Counted from the first letter of the stretch, positions 1 through 13,160 are shown. The stretch is 64,000 nucleotides of DNA from Octopus vulgaris (GCA_951406725.2 OX597819.1:35712001-35776000), one strand, 5' to 3'. A program made the numbers and translations. The notes: a model not told the origin generated them from the letters alone.

Positions 1-892
1 CTGTTGATGGTGACACGAATGATGATGATGAGGAGGCAGAAGGAGGAGGAGAAGGAGAAAGATAAGAAGGAGGACGAGAAACAAGGAAGAACAGGAGGAA
101 GAAGAGGAAAAGGAGGACGAGGAGGAGAATGACAAGAAGGAGAAGGAAGAAGAGCAGGAGGAGGAGGATGAGAAGAATGAGAAGGAGAAGGAGGAGGATA
201 AGGAGGACAAGTGACACTTATGATGATGGTGGTGATGATGATGAGGATGATGACGATGACACTGATGATGATGATGATGAAGACACTGATGATGATAATA
301 GTGATGATAATGATGCTGTTGATGGTGACACGAATGATGATGATGAGGAGGCAGAAGGAGGAGGAGAAGGAGAAAGATAAGAAGGAGGACGAGAAACAAG
401 GAAGAAGAACAGGAGGAAGAAGAGGAAAAGGAGGATGAGGAGGAGAATGACAAGAAGGAGAAGGAAGAAGAGCAGGAGGAGGAGGATGAGAAGAATGAGT
501 AGGAGAAGGAGGAGGATAAGGAGGACGAGTGACACTTATGATGATGGTGGTGATGATGATGAGGATGATGACGATGACACTGATGATGATGATGATGATG
601 ATAATAGTGATGATAATGATGATGATGATGGTGACACGAATGATGATGATGATGAGGCAGAAGAGGAGAAGGAGGAGGAGGAGAAGGAGAAAGATAAGAA
701 GGAGAAAGACAAGAAACAAGGAAGAAGAACAGGAGGAAGAAGAGGAAAAGGAGGACGAGGAGGAGAATGACAAGAAGGAGAAGGAAGAAGAGCAGAAGGA
801 GGAGGATGAGAAGAATGAGAAGGAGAAGGAGGAAAAGGAGAAAGAGGAAGAAAAGGAGGAGGATGACGACAGCACTGATGATGATGATGATT

Positions 893-951
<59 letters not shown>

Positions 952-960
952 AGTATTAAG
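1..960. repeat. Compound GAG/GAA/GAT low-complexity array with a ~310-bp higher-order repeat (about 3 copies)
   Basis: Anchor GTGACACGAATGATGAT recurs at 10, 325 and 631 (periods 315 and 306 bp) with the same flanking purine-rich blocks. Confidence 0.9.
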
Positions 961-1274
961 GAGGTAGGTTAGAACCGTACATCATTTCCGGTTTTTCGCA
1001 GGATAGGGATTATCCCCAACCTCCCCTCCACATCCCGCCATCCGTCCACACCTGGCAGTGGAAAAAATGATGGTAGTTATTATTTACCTAGAGCATTTTC
1101 TACTTCTTTTTTGCCATTTTGTTTTTTTTTTTTTATCTTTCAGCTGCTGTTAAATGAGGCTTGTAGTTGTGAACAGGATATACGAAGAGGAACAGCGAAG
1201 AGGAACAGCGGTCTCATTGCATAAACAGATGACATTTGCAACACAGAAACACTGTGTTATATAGCATTCTATTT

Positions 1275-1970
1275 GCACACACACACACACATACACACAC
1301 ACACACACACACGCACGTGCATATATACACACATAGACATAGCAACACACACAAACACATACACACACTCAAAAACACACACACATACACACATAAACAA
1401 ACACACACATACACACACGTACACATGTACACACATACACACACAAACGCATACACACACAAACACACACACACACACACAAACTCATACTCACTGAAAC
1501 ACACACACACACAAAAGCACACACACAAACACACATACACAGAGAGAAATACACACTCCTACACATGCACACACAAACACGCACACACAAAAACACGCAC
1601 ACACAAACACGCACACACAAAAACACACACACACAAACACACATACACAAACACATGCACACACAAACACACACAAACATACACATACAATCACACGCAT
1701 ACACACAGTCAAACACACATTCACTCACACACATGCACAAACATACACACACATACATACGTATGCACACATACACATACACAAACACATACACACACTC
1801 AAACACACGCACACACACACATTCACTCACACACATGCACAAACATACACACACATACACACACATGCACACATACACACTCAAACACACACACAAAGAT
1901 ACACACATACACACACACGCACAACCACACACACACACACACATATACACAATCACACAAAATATTTACA
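1275..1970. repeat. Degenerate (CA)n microsatellite
   Basis: CA/CATA/CACG runs seen directly. Confidence 0.95.
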
Positions 1971-2119
1971 CACCTACTCTCATGCATTATTTACACACCT
2001 ACATCCAGGAGGTTCCTCAAATATCAGCAGACGACGCAAGAGACCTCACAACCAGAGGTGAGAGTAATTGAAAATAATTCCTGTGGCAGCTAATAGTGCG
2101 GTACAAGGTGGATACATGC

Positions 2120-2930
2120 AACAACGGTGGTAATGACAGTGGTGGTGGTGGTGGTGGTGGTTGGAATGATAAGGATGATGTTGATGATGACGACGACGAT
2201 GATGACGACGATGATGATGATAATGATGATGACAACGACGACGACGATGATGGTGATGATAATGATGATGATGATGATGACGATGATGATGATGATGATG
2301 ATGATGACGCCAACGCCGCCGACGCCGACGATGATGGTGATGATAATGATGATGATGATGATGACGATGATGATGATAATGATTATGATGATGATGATGA
2401 TGATGATGACGACGTCGACGATGGTGATGATGATGTTGATAACAACAGTGATGATAATGACGACGATGATGATGATGATAAAGGTGGTGGTGGTGGTAGT
2501 AGTAGTGATGAGAACAATGGTGATGGTGATACTGAAGGTGATAGCGATGTTGTGATGATGATTATTGTGGTGTAGTGGTGATAATGATGATGATGATGAT
2601 GATAATGATAGTGGTGGTTGCGGTGATGATGGAAGCAGTGGCTGTTGTTGGAATGATGATGAGACTGGCGAGGATAATGATGAGAGGTGGTGGGGGGGAG
2701 TAATGACAATGACTATGAAGGAGATGGAGACTGTAGTGGTGGTGGTGGAGGTGATGGTGGTGGTGGTGGAGGTGATGGTGTTGGCGGGGGTGATGATAAT
2801 GATGGAGATGAAGACGATGCTGACAACGACGACAACGGTGATGACAACAACGATGATGATGTCGGCGACGACGACAACGACAATGATGACGATGATGATG
2901 ATGATGATGATGATGATGAAGATGATGGTT
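2120..2930. repeat. Degenerate (GAT/GAC/GGT)n trinucleotide array
   Basis: Seen directly; source of the poly-D, poly-M and poly-V ORFs. Confidence 0.95.
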
Positions 2931-3726
2931 TTCATTTTCTGTAATGCACTTATACTGAACTAGATCAACTAACCTGAAACTTAGCATTTGAATTAATCCA
3001 CCAGTTATTATGGCTTCTGAATCTCTCCTGGGCCCTCTAAGCACAATTATTCTATTTGCAGTAGAATATCACATGAGAAATGAGGAATATAGTAATGATA
3101 ATAATAATTGTAGGAAATATTGAAAATATTACATGATATCTTCTGTGAGGAAGGCTGGTCGGCGTAGGAGTTCTAGAAATAACTGTAAATGAGATTTGTG
3201 CAAATCAACAAATTACAAATTGATTTTTTTTTTTTCCATCTCATCAGAGAATTATTCCCACTCATAGAGCAGCAGATGTAAGAAAAATATGACTAATAAT
3301 AGTAAAGATTAGATTTATTTCAATACTAATTCTTTGCTGAATGTTCAACCTAAAATGAAGAGATATATGAAAATTAATATAATAATGACGCGATAAATAA
3401 TGCATAATGTATAAATAATATAAATAATAACAATGACACAGAATATTTTTTAAAAAATGGTAATATCTTATTGTGGCACTATCTGGCTTGTCTTTTAGAG
3501 ACTGAAGTGTAAATTCAATGAAATAGATTTACCAAATGTGTTGGTGAAAGTTTACAAATTAAGTTTGGTAATTTAGACATCAATAGAAAAGAATTTTTCT
3601 GTATTTAGGGGTAAGACTTATGTCTGACCTGACTATTTGAAGTGAATTATAATATGTCTACTTGTTAAATCCCAGTGAAAATTAGTTGTATAAATCAATA
3701 GACTAATAAAATCGAAAGGGATATAT

Positions 3727-4563
3727 TTAGAGAGAGAGAGTGAAAGAGATAGAGAGAGAGAGAGAGAGACAGACAGATGGAGAGAAACAGACAGACAGAA
3801 GTGAGAGAGAGAGAGAGAGAGAAACAGACACAGAGAGAAACTGACAGACAGAAGAGAGAGAGAGAGAGAAACAGACAGACTCAGAGAGAGACAGAGACAG
3901 AACTCGGTCAGATGTTTCAATGTACCATTGTAATAATGACCACTGAACAAATGATGATGTTTGCTGTGATTAGCTTTTAAGATTAGATGAAAGGTGGCTC
4001 TTGTCCCACAACAAACACTAGCAGTTATAGACAGGTGGTTTAGAAGTTTGCCCTGCAAACATGCTGTTGAAGTTAGCACTTTGGACAAATGTCTTCTGCT
4101 CTGGCTTTGGTTTGATCAATGCTATGAGAATGGAATTTATCATATGGAGAATGTATAGAAACCTCCCATTTGTATGTATATATATATGTGTGTATGTATA
4201 TATATTTGTGTGTATATATATGCATGTGTATGTGTATATATATGCATGTGTGTGTGTGTATATAAATACCTTGAATATTAAAAAAATTCTGGAGCCCTTT
4301 CCTGGTTGAAGCACAGCCAATTTCTTCCAAAGAGAAAGTAGTAGGATGGCCCCCAGTAATTGACTGGTATTCTCTATGTGTATGCATATGTGTGCGTGTG
4401 TGTGCGTGCATGCGCATGCATGTGTGTGTGTATGTGTATGTGTGTGCATGCATGTGTGTGTGTTTTGGTGTGTGTGCGTGCGTGCATGTGTGCATGTGTG
4501 TGTGTGAGTGTGTGTGTGTGTATGTGCGTGTGTGCATGTGTGTGTGCATGTGCGTGTGTGTGT
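3727..4563. repeat. (GA)n and (GT)n microsatellite blocks (3727-3900, 4170-4262, 4375-4563)
   Basis: Seen directly. Confidence 0.9.
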
Positions 4564-4711
4564 CTACTTGCAGACAACCACAAGCCTGGATGAGAATTTG
4601 TTGCCTCTGATATAGGAAGCAGTGAATAACACATTCACTATCACTGTGAATATTTGCCCAGTTGAAAAATATCTGATATATACAATTGAAACAGCATAAA
4701 AAATTGCCATC

Positions 4712-4927
4712 TATGTATTATGCTTAGTGTATATACACTGTTGATAGGCCAGTTACTGCAAAATTTGTCCTAAGATAATATCTGTTATGGACATGCTGGC
4801 CACTGCTGTGGTATTTTTTCATTTATTGCGTTTTGAACACAGCATGTCCATGAGAGATGTTATTTCAGGATGAATCTGTACTAACTGACCTATCACCTAT
4901 GTATACATACATTAAGTATGATGCATA
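4712..4927. mobile_element. Old palindromic MITE-like element
   Basis: Imperfect inverted arms of about 85 bp (TATGTATTATGCTTAG..GATAGGCCAGTTA..ATGGACATGCTG versus CAGCATGTCCAT..TAACTGACCTATC..TTAAGTATGATGCATA). A similar right arm recurs near 5820-5926. Confidence 0.6.
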
Positions 4928-5073
4928 ACTTGCTATTTTAATTTGAAAATACATTAACTGTTTAAACTGGACTTTTAATCAGCTAGATGACTGTTCACAA
5001 CACAGGTATATTTTCTATCCATTGTTCTTTCCTATATCAGAGATGATGAATTCTTATTCTCTGTAACTACTGT

Positions 5074-5310
5074 GGAGGCACAGCTTAGTGGTTAGGGTAT
5101 TGGACGCATGATCGTAAGATTGTGATTTCAATTCCTGGACTGGGCAATGCATTGTATTCTTGAGCAAAACGATTCATTTCACATTGTTCCAGTTCCCTCA
5201 GCTGGCAAAAATGAGTAATCCTTCAACAGACTGGCGTCCCATCCTGGTGGGGATATGCACCATGAAATTAGGAAACTGGCCCTTGTACATGACTCAAGAA
5301 GCTAACTTGA
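5074..5310 (+). mobile_element. CORE-type SINE (family C head), degenerate
   Basis: tRNA-like head followed by TTCTTGAGCAAAAC..TTCACATTGTTCCAGTTCCCTCAGCTG..AAATGAG, matching the copy at 32857. Confidence 0.7.
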
Positions 5311-5430
5311 CCTTTTTTTTTTTATTTAGTTACTTGCAAGAATATCTTGCTGGAAAATTTCCAAAAGGTTGACATGAATCTGGCATTCTCGCTGGCTACC
5401 ACTGCAGCAATTTTGCATCTCCCTCCAATA

Positions 5431-5817
5431 GGCGCAGGAGTGGCTGTGTGGTAAGTAGCTTGCTTACCAACCACATGCTTCCGGGTTCAGTCCCACTGCG
5501 TGGCACCTTGGGCAAGTGTCTTCTACTATAGCCTCGGGCTGACCAAAGCCTTGTGAGTGGATTTGGTAGACGGAAACTGAAAGAAGACCGTCGTATATAT
5601 ATGTGTGTCTGTGTTTGTCCCCCCCCCCAACATCGCTTGACAACCGATGCTGGTATGTTTACATTCCCGTAACTTAGCGGTTTGGCAAAAGAGACCGATA
5701 GAATAAGTACTAGGCTTACAAAGAATAAGTACTAGGGGTCGATTTCCCCGACTAAAGGCGGTGCTCCAGCATGGCCGCAGTCAAATGACTGAAACAAGTA
5801 AAAGAGTAAAAGAGTAA
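5431..5817 (+). mobile_element. tRNA-derived SINE family A, full length
   Basis: Head GGCGCAGGAGTGGCTGTGTGGTAAG with B-box-like GGTTCAGTCCC, a central TA/TG microsatellite and an (AAAAGAGT)n tail. More than 15 related copies or fragments occur in the window. Confidence 0.92.
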
Positions 5818-6133
5818 TATTTATTGTGTTCTTAACACAGTACATGTACAACAGATGTTGTCTCTGGACAAATACCATTGTAATCTGGCCTATCAACAGT
5901 TGAATTATTTAAAGTATGATGCATAGTTGAGTAGATATTTGACAAAAAAATGACAAGATCGGTAGAAAGAGTTACGGGACCATCTATGATATTTTGAAGA
6001 AAAAGTTATTTAAGAAATATTTATTAGATATATTGTTTAAGTGCTAGAAAATTTCCTAATCCCTTTTATAACTGAAGACATCTTTATCTTTCCCAACTAA
6101 CATTTTATCACTATTTTCTGTCTCCATTCAGCC

Positions 6134-6340
6134 TTATTTCTTTATTGCCCACAAGGGGACAAACAAAGGGGTTAAGTTGATTACATCAACCACAGTGCAC
6201 AGCAGGTACTTAATTTATCGACCCTGAAGGGATGAAAGGCAAAGTTGACCTCATCGGAATTTGAACTCAGACCGTAACGACAGACAAAATACTGCTAAGC
6301 ATTTTGCCTGGTGTGCTAACGTTTCTGCCAGGTCGCTGCC
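6134..6340 (-). mobile_element. SINE family B
   Basis: Reverse complement of the 47758 copy (GAGTTCAAATTCC..CTTTGCCTTTCATCCC..GGTCGATAAATTAAGTACC). Confidence 0.85.
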
Positions 6341-7754
6341 TTATGAATGTCCCCATTCAGTCTTGACTGATAATATATTTTATAGCCATTTGCTTGTTCT
6401 GTTTTCTTGAAACGAACTATATAAACATCCTGAAACATTCTGTATAAAGCATTATTTCTTACCATAACTAATCTTTCTGTTTGTGTTTTATTCTTTTATT
6501 CATTTATTATTATTTCTTTTTAGCTGTTTTCAATTATTGGAATGTAGCCATACTTGGTTACTATTTAGAAGTGTTTTACTGATTACTGATTACTGATTAC
6601 TTAATTTATCAATTTACACTTGAACTTTTGACACAATGCTAGATGTTTACACTAGTACACATACACATACACACACACACATGCACATACATGCACATGC
6701 GTGCATAGACAGACACACACACACATGTGTACAATATTCTTTTGCTCAGCTTTCATCTATCAAATGCCACCAAAAGGATAAGGGTCATCTTGAAGCTGTG
6801 GTAGAAGGCACTTGCCCAAGGTATTGAGTACAGTGAATTCAAACCTTAAAGAATATGGTCACAAATGGAACACCTTAACCTTGCAACTATACCTGTACCC
6901 ATATTTTAGATACTATTCTCAAATTAGCCCTTAGCCTTAAATTAACTTTAAATTAGCCCTTGACCTTATGTTAGCCCTGAATTAGCCTAAATTAGCCCTT
7001 GTCTATATGCCAACTCTAAATTAGCTTTTAATTTTATGTCAGCAATAAATTCCATAATTAGAAATTTGTTAATATCATGTGATAACATTTCCAGCTCATG
7101 ACATCATTTTTGTGCCAGATTTTCTTTGTTTTTTTGTTTGTTTTTTCATTACGTCAGATATATCCACTCTATATTTCATTACCCCTAACTGTAGGAAGCA
7201 GTTTTATATACCAGCCCATCTTTTGTTGAGGAATGTCATGTTTGAAACTATTTTCTGTTGAGATGTGTCAAGTTTACTGAGGTAACATGATTTGCAGAAA
7301 ATGCCAATTTTTTACAGCCAATTTTATTTTTTGGCTGATATTTAACATTGTTACTGGAATAACCATGAAATTTAATTTCATAGTTAAAGGGTTAGCCATT
7401 TGACAACACAAAAACCATGACATTCACTTTTCATTTATTTCTTGATGGTACTTTTTATTATGAAGTATCAAAAATTTTTATTGCACATATGTTGCTTGGT
7501 CACTGATACAATCCCACTGCATAGTCTTGACACTTTACAGTAGATACTGTTATATTACCAAAGTGAATGTAATAATTTTAGTGTCTTGTCAAACTGTTAA
7601 ACTGAATCTTCCATGATGTAGCTTCTCAAGTTTCAACACGTGGTCAGTTATGAAACGCAGGTATAACTCTAAAAAATCGTCATCATTATCATCATCATTG
7701 TTGTCACCACCACTATCATTTGATGTCCAGGTCGCTCATCCTTATCTTCATCAT

Positions 7755-7960
7755 CATTTAGCATCTATGTTCCATGCTGGCATGGGTTGGATGGTGTGAC
7801 AAGGATCCAATGGGTCAAAAAACTGCATTGTTCTCCAGTGTCTGCTTTGGCATCATTTCCATGGCTGAATGATTTTCCTAATAATATCAATCACTTTACA
7901 GTGTGTACAGGGTGCTTTTTTCATGCCACTGGTACTAGCGAGATCACTATGTAGCTCACA
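7755..7960 (-). mobile_element. RTE-type 3' tail repeat (family E), degenerate
   Basis: TTCCATGCTGGCATGGGTTGG block next to (CAT)n, shared with the copies at 29237 and 29800. Confidence 0.6.
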
Positions 7961-8117
7961 AGTCTACTAAACCCAAAAGGATAGGGTGTGGGCATCTTTA
8001 TGATAGATGGTAGTTAAGGTATGATAGAAGAGATTAGGGTAGAGTAGGTTCTTGTTGTAGAGGAGCCATATGGCTACACACACTTAAGGAAGAGACATAG
8101 AATGAATCAGTAATATC

Positions 8118-8562
8118 GGATCTTTTCGGTTTGAATGGCAGTTTTTTCTAGAGGTCTCATATGAAATTGTCACCCATAATTATGACCCTAGTATCGATCT
8201 ATTGCATTTCAATCTATTTTAGGGTTAGGGTTAGTTAGGGTTAGGGTTAGTGTTAGGGTTAGGGGTGGGGGGAAGGGTATCTTTTTTTCTTCAGAAATGT
8301 AAATAAACCCAATCTGTTTCTTAATCGAGGGACATATTCATACGGCACAAAGTGTTTATAACCTCAATACACATCATTGATTGGTTGAAATTGAATAAAT
8401 AGAAGAAAAAAAACAACAAATATCTTACAAACTATAGAATTTTCTCAATAAAGCCAAGAGAAAAAGATGTTTTATTAACACATTCTACCAGCATACGAAG
8501 TTTAAAATTTTTTAGTTACCTAGAAATTATGTTAAAAACTGCCGTTCAAACCGAAAAGATCC
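8118..8562 (+). mobile_element. Merlin-like MITE with internal (TTAGGG)n, copy 1
   Basis: TIR of about 29 bp GGATCTTTTCGGTTTGAAYGGCAGTTTTT at both ends; flanks GTAATATC/ATAATATC (8-bp TSD with 1 mismatch); TTAGGG tract at 8219-8264. Confidence 0.85.
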
Positions 8563-8693
8563 ATAATATCTCCAATAGTGGTGATGGGGTGTTCAGGTGA
8601 CACTTCAGAAACACTTTTTATTGTTCAGAGAATGGTTATGAATGAAGGTCATGAGAATTATTTGTAAAAACTTGTAGAATAATAATCTTTATT

Positions 8694-9234
8694 CAGGGTG
8701 GGCCATAATGATGGGACATATTTTAAATGCTAGTATCTTGGATAATAAAAATGGCATAGAGAACCAAATATATTTATTACATAACTGGTATACAAGTGTT
8801 CAACATACTATCTAAAATTTTTACTATTTTTACTGGTAGTTGGTGACCCTCATAATGTCATGGGCTCCAAAAGAAATTGCATATGTGGTTGAAGCATACT
8901 TTACCAGCCAAAACTCTATCGTTGCAGCCCAAAGAAAATTCCAACTACATTTTAGAAAGTGACAGGCATAATTGCGAAAGGTGATCCTTTGTGCTGTTAC
9001 AAACCTCTGTAAGACAAGATATACTAGGCTGCAATGTGCAATGATATGAAGAAGTGAGATTGTGAATGTTCTCTTTGTAGTGGTGACCATCTCCTGGATG
9101 TAATATTCAAATATAGATAATATGTTGAATTTCTGTATATCAGTTATGTAATAAATATATTTGGTACTCTATGTCATTTTTATAACCTAAGATACTAGCA
9201 TTTAAAATGTGTCCCATCATTATGGCCTACCCTA
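8694..9234 (+). mobile_element. Internally deleted Tc1/mariner-superfamily element with long TIRs
   Basis: TIRs of about 100 bp starting CAGGGTGGGCCATAATGATGGGAC. From the ATG at 8855 it reads MSWAPKEIAYVVEAYFTSQNSIVAAQRKFQ (DUF4817-like HTH). A transposase-like C-terminal end GDHLLDVIFKY lies near 9082-9114. Confidence 0.8.
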
Positions 9235-10093
9235 TATTTTAGATTAAAACGATGTCATAACATAAAAGTGTTCAGTTTTTTTGGTTGATGTAATAAGTTC
9301 TTTCCCCACAGTTTTTTTTATCGGATTCAGTTCCTGCCCATCCCCTCTCTTGCAATCCAGTTTCTCTTTGTATGTTTGAAGAAGTTGACAAAAGCTTGGC
9401 TTGAAGGGAAATGCTCTGTCCTTCAAACTTTTAACCATATCCACCAAACTACTTCATTTGTTGTAGCTATCAAGCAGAGAAAGGTAACCAGCTTTTCCTT
9501 GCTAAAGTAAAGTGTGTGAGTTTGTCTTCATGATAAACTTGGCTGATATCCAGATCTGCCTCACACATGGTAACAATGGTATGACATAATTCCACACTTC
9601 AGCAAAATAAAGACATCTAATTGAGATCATGCCAGGTGATTTCATAGCCCTTTGCACAGCTCAGGCACGTTTGTTTGTTGATAGCTCCAGGACACGCATG
9701 CCTGTGCAGTTTGTCTGAACAGGCAAAGCCACACCTCTGTAGCACTGCCAAGCCAAGAACTTTTGGAAACTGTCCATAATCTCTGATTTTAAAGACTTCC
9801 TCCAGATGACTTACATTGTTCTTGTTGACACCCAGTAACTATAACAGTAACTATAATAAAGTGTATGTGTACTATTTTGTTTTGGTTTTGTTGTTTGCTC
9901 TACTCACAGCAAAATACCTACTAGAGAGATAGAAATCAGCAAAATGATGAAACTGAAAATAACACTAGACATAGTTAAAAAAGGGTATTCAATCTTCATT
10001 GAAAATCAAATACACATGATGTCTAAAAAATTGCACTAACCTCTACAGCCCATCTTTTGAAAAAATTTCTATCATTATAACATAGTTACTTAA

Positions 10094-10304
10094 GGCAGTG
10101 AGCTGGCAGGGTTGTTAGCAACCTGGCAAAATGCTTAGTAGCATTTTGTCCATCACTACATTCTGAGTTCAAATTCTGCCACGGTTGACTTTGCCTTTCA
10201 TCCCTTCAGGGTTGATAAATTAAGTACCAGTGATACACTGGGGTTGATGTAATCGAGTAGTCTCCTCAATCAAATTTCAGACCTTGTGCCTATAGTAGAA
10301 AGGA
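10094..10304 (+). mobile_element. SINE family B
   Basis: GGCAGTGAGCTGGCAG head, B-box GAGTTCAAATTC and the conserved central block. Confidence 0.85.
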
Positions 10305-10587
10305 CTATAACATAGTCACTTGCTGTAGGACTCAGGGAGAGACCTGGCTAGTAACTAAAATACTCCAAACTCAAGCTAGAATATTATAACGATAATAATA
10401 ATTTATGAAGATTGATGTAACTTTTCATGAAGGTAGTTCACAATAAGGAAAGTGTAATACGATTTGTAATAGACATTGACTTTGTTTATTGAACAGTATT
10501 GTGAAAATATTATTCAATTCAATGAACAGAATCAATCTCCATTTATTACAAAATATATTGCACACTTCTTATGTGTGATAATAATAA

Positions 10588-10781
10588 TGGTTTCAAATTT
10601 TGGCGCAAGGCCAGCAATTTTGGAAGAAGGGCTAAGTTGATTACATCGACCCCAGTAATCAACTGATACTGTTTTATTGACCCCAAAAGGATGAAATGAA
10701 AAGTCACCACTGGTGGCATTTGAACCCAGAACCTAAAGGGGGACAAAATGCTGCTAAACATTTTTCCCTGCTTGCTAAATG

Positions 10782-10827
<46 letters not shown>

Positions 10828-11010
10828 TGATTACATTGACCCCCACCCCCAGTACTTGACTGGTACTTATTTTATCAACCCTAGTACATAACTAGTACTT
10901 ATTTTATCGACCCCCAAGAAGATGAAAGGTGAAGTCGACTCCAGCTTCATTTGAACTCAGAACATAAAGACATACGAAATGCCACTAAGCATTTTGCCTG
11001 GCATGCTAAC
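10588..11010 (-). mobile_element. Two SINE family B copies separated by (AAT)n
   Basis: Central block and head seen reversed at about 10588-10778 and 10826-11010. Confidence 0.75.
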
Positions 11011-11011
11011 A

Positions 11012-11194
11012 AGTGGTTGGTGTTAGGAAGGGAATCCAGCTGTAGAAACCTTGCCAGGTGAGATTGGAGCCTGGTGCAACCTGTTGGCTTGCCAGTCCAC
11101 AGTCAAACCGTCCAACTCATGCCAGCATGGAAAGTAGACGTTAAACGATGATGATGAGGATGAGGACGACGATGATGATGATGATGATGATGAT
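11012..11194 (+). mobile_element. RTE-type 3' tail repeat (family E)
   Basis: GGTTGGTGTTAGGAAGGGAATCCAGCTGTAGAAAC..CATGGAAAGTAGACGTTAAAC followed by (GAT)n. Confidence 0.8.
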
Positions 11195-13107
11195 ATGAGT
11201 TAGAGAGCAGTGCATGCCATCAAATTGATGTTGAGGTACAAATACACAAAGCTTAATATACCCATCATGACTACCCACCTGATAAGGGTACACCAGGTAT
11301 ATACATCACAACCATATCTGCACAACATGGTGATCTCATATCAAAATGAACAGTGCATGACCTTGCAGATGAGGCCCAAGATCCCTGAATAAGGTTTAAA
11401 GATGATGAATGAAACACTCATGTTTTCAGAAATGAATTATTCAAACCACAAATAATTCCTCTCAACACATGGCTATAATGCTCCCCCATTACTCCTGCGC
11501 ACAATCAGAAAGGTACATGTTATGTGCCATTAAGAGACATGCTCAAGCGAGTGACAAGCAAATCTGTGGTATTGAGCAGAATATTTACTGTAGCCCATGT
11601 TATATATCAAGACAAAATATGTACATGATAACACTTCCAATCAGTTAAGATCAGAAGCTATGAGAGCCACTATCTGGTACTTTATCATTATCATCATCAT
11701 CATCATCATTATTATTATTAGGTTGAGTCAATCAACCATAATTGTCCATGTCAAAACTGACCTTGATATAACTGAACAGAAATTACCATTTTGATTAAAA
11801 TTAAAACTGCCTCACTTGCAGCGAATATTTTACAGTTTCAGTTTTTTAATATATTTAATGAAGAACCTGAAATATTCAGAAAAATTCCTCCCCAGAATGT
11901 TATTAGATCCAATTGAACATTATGACTATTGCTTTTTAGCCATCCCACGTCAAGAAGATATAAAGTACTTCCAGTGTATAATTAAGAGAAAAGATGTAAT
12001 CTGACATTTGGATATTTTTATGAATGTAAAAAGAAAAAAAAAACAATATTGGGTTTAACATGATAGAGCAGTAGCCTGAATAATTGGAGTTGTATCTGAG
12101 TTTGGGGTCAGTGGGGACTAACATTCTGTGAATACTCATGAATATCAAATGTCAGTTGCTAAGTAATTACTCACAAATAGTGTTTCTGAGGGAAAGGTTG
12201 AACAGGAGGAAGGCAATTTCAGAATTACATTTCTAATTCCCAATCAAATATAAAAGCAATTTACCTCATAACTTTTTAATGAAGTTTATGAGGCCAAATA
12301 TAGTATTGACATAAATATAATTATCCACACACAAGTGTCAATGCTGTCGTGTTAAGTAGTTGGTTATTACATAGTTGTTGACATCAATAACTTGGTTTAT
12401 ATATATATATATACACAGACACACATATCAAAGTTGTAAATGCTCTTCCCCTGGTGGACCTGGAGTCATTCTGGCAGGAAATCTGAGATATAAAACAATA
12501 AGACAATTGTGACTCAGTAAGGTTAAATGAATTATAAAGTCAATAATACTATGTAAATGCCTCTCCCAAAATATATGACATCACCAGTGAAACCCTCCTG
12601 ACAGTTATTATAAAACTTCTGAATGGAAAAAAAAATCACCTGTGAGAGATATGAGAGCAGGCTATTGGTACAAAAAGCTCTTGTTTTACAAGCAAATTCT
12701 CATGACTTTACACTTTTACTCTTTTACTCTTTTACTTGTTTCAGTCTTGTGACTGTGGCCATGCTGGAGCACCGCCTTTAGTCGACCAAATAGACCCCAG
12801 GACTTATTCTTTGTAAGCCTAGTACTTATTCTATTGGTCACTTTTGCCGAGCTTCTAAGTTACAGGGATGTAAACACACCAGCATCAGTTTTCAAGCAAT
12901 GTTGGGGGAGACAAATACAGACACACAAACACACACACACACACACACACATATATGTGAGAGCCTCAGTTCAAATCGTACGTGTCTTGAATGGGCTGGA
13001 GTATTTCTATTTTAGATGTATTTGGGGTACTTAATTGTGCTCATGACTTAGTGTTTTGCTTCTTCCATGGGTATGAGTAAGTATCTCATTTATTTCTTTG
13101 CCACATT

Positions 13108-13160
13108 TATCACTGACAAAGGGAGGGTTCTTACGAACTTACCCTGAAATCGGTCCGATA
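13108..13160 (+). ncRNA. Minimal type I hammerhead ribozyme motif, copy 1 (G8>A core mutation)
   Basis: TATCA-CTGACAA-[AGGGAGGGTTC-TTAC-GAACTTACCCT stem II]-GAAA-TCGG-TC-CGATA. Predicted cleavage site after GUC at 13155. Confidence 0.75.

Noticed and set aside
2009-2057. Possible + strand micro-exon (CCAG|..AG|GTGAGA)
   Set aside because: Weak polypyrimidine tract and no recognisable peptide in any frame.
129-3044. Long ORFs with poly-D/E/M/H/T/V tracts (also near 17.9, 33.4, 34.2, 43.1, 54.2 and 56.9 kb)
   Set aside because: They are stop-free translations of microsatellites in several frames and on both strands, with no domain signal.
6879-7391. Possible piggyBac-like MITE with TTAGCCC repeats
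   Set aside because: The terminal match is too degenerate, and the repeats are not telomeric.
8219-8264. TTAGGG tract as a relic of chromosome fusion or telomere healing
   Set aside because: It is internal to a TIR element present twice with different TSDs.
9244-10050. Possible highly decayed mariner on the minus strand
   Set aside because: Only vague motif resemblance and no paired TIRs.
11196-11680. Block that looks like an interspersed repeat
   Set aside because: Single copy in the window and no structural hallmarks, so it cannot be classified.
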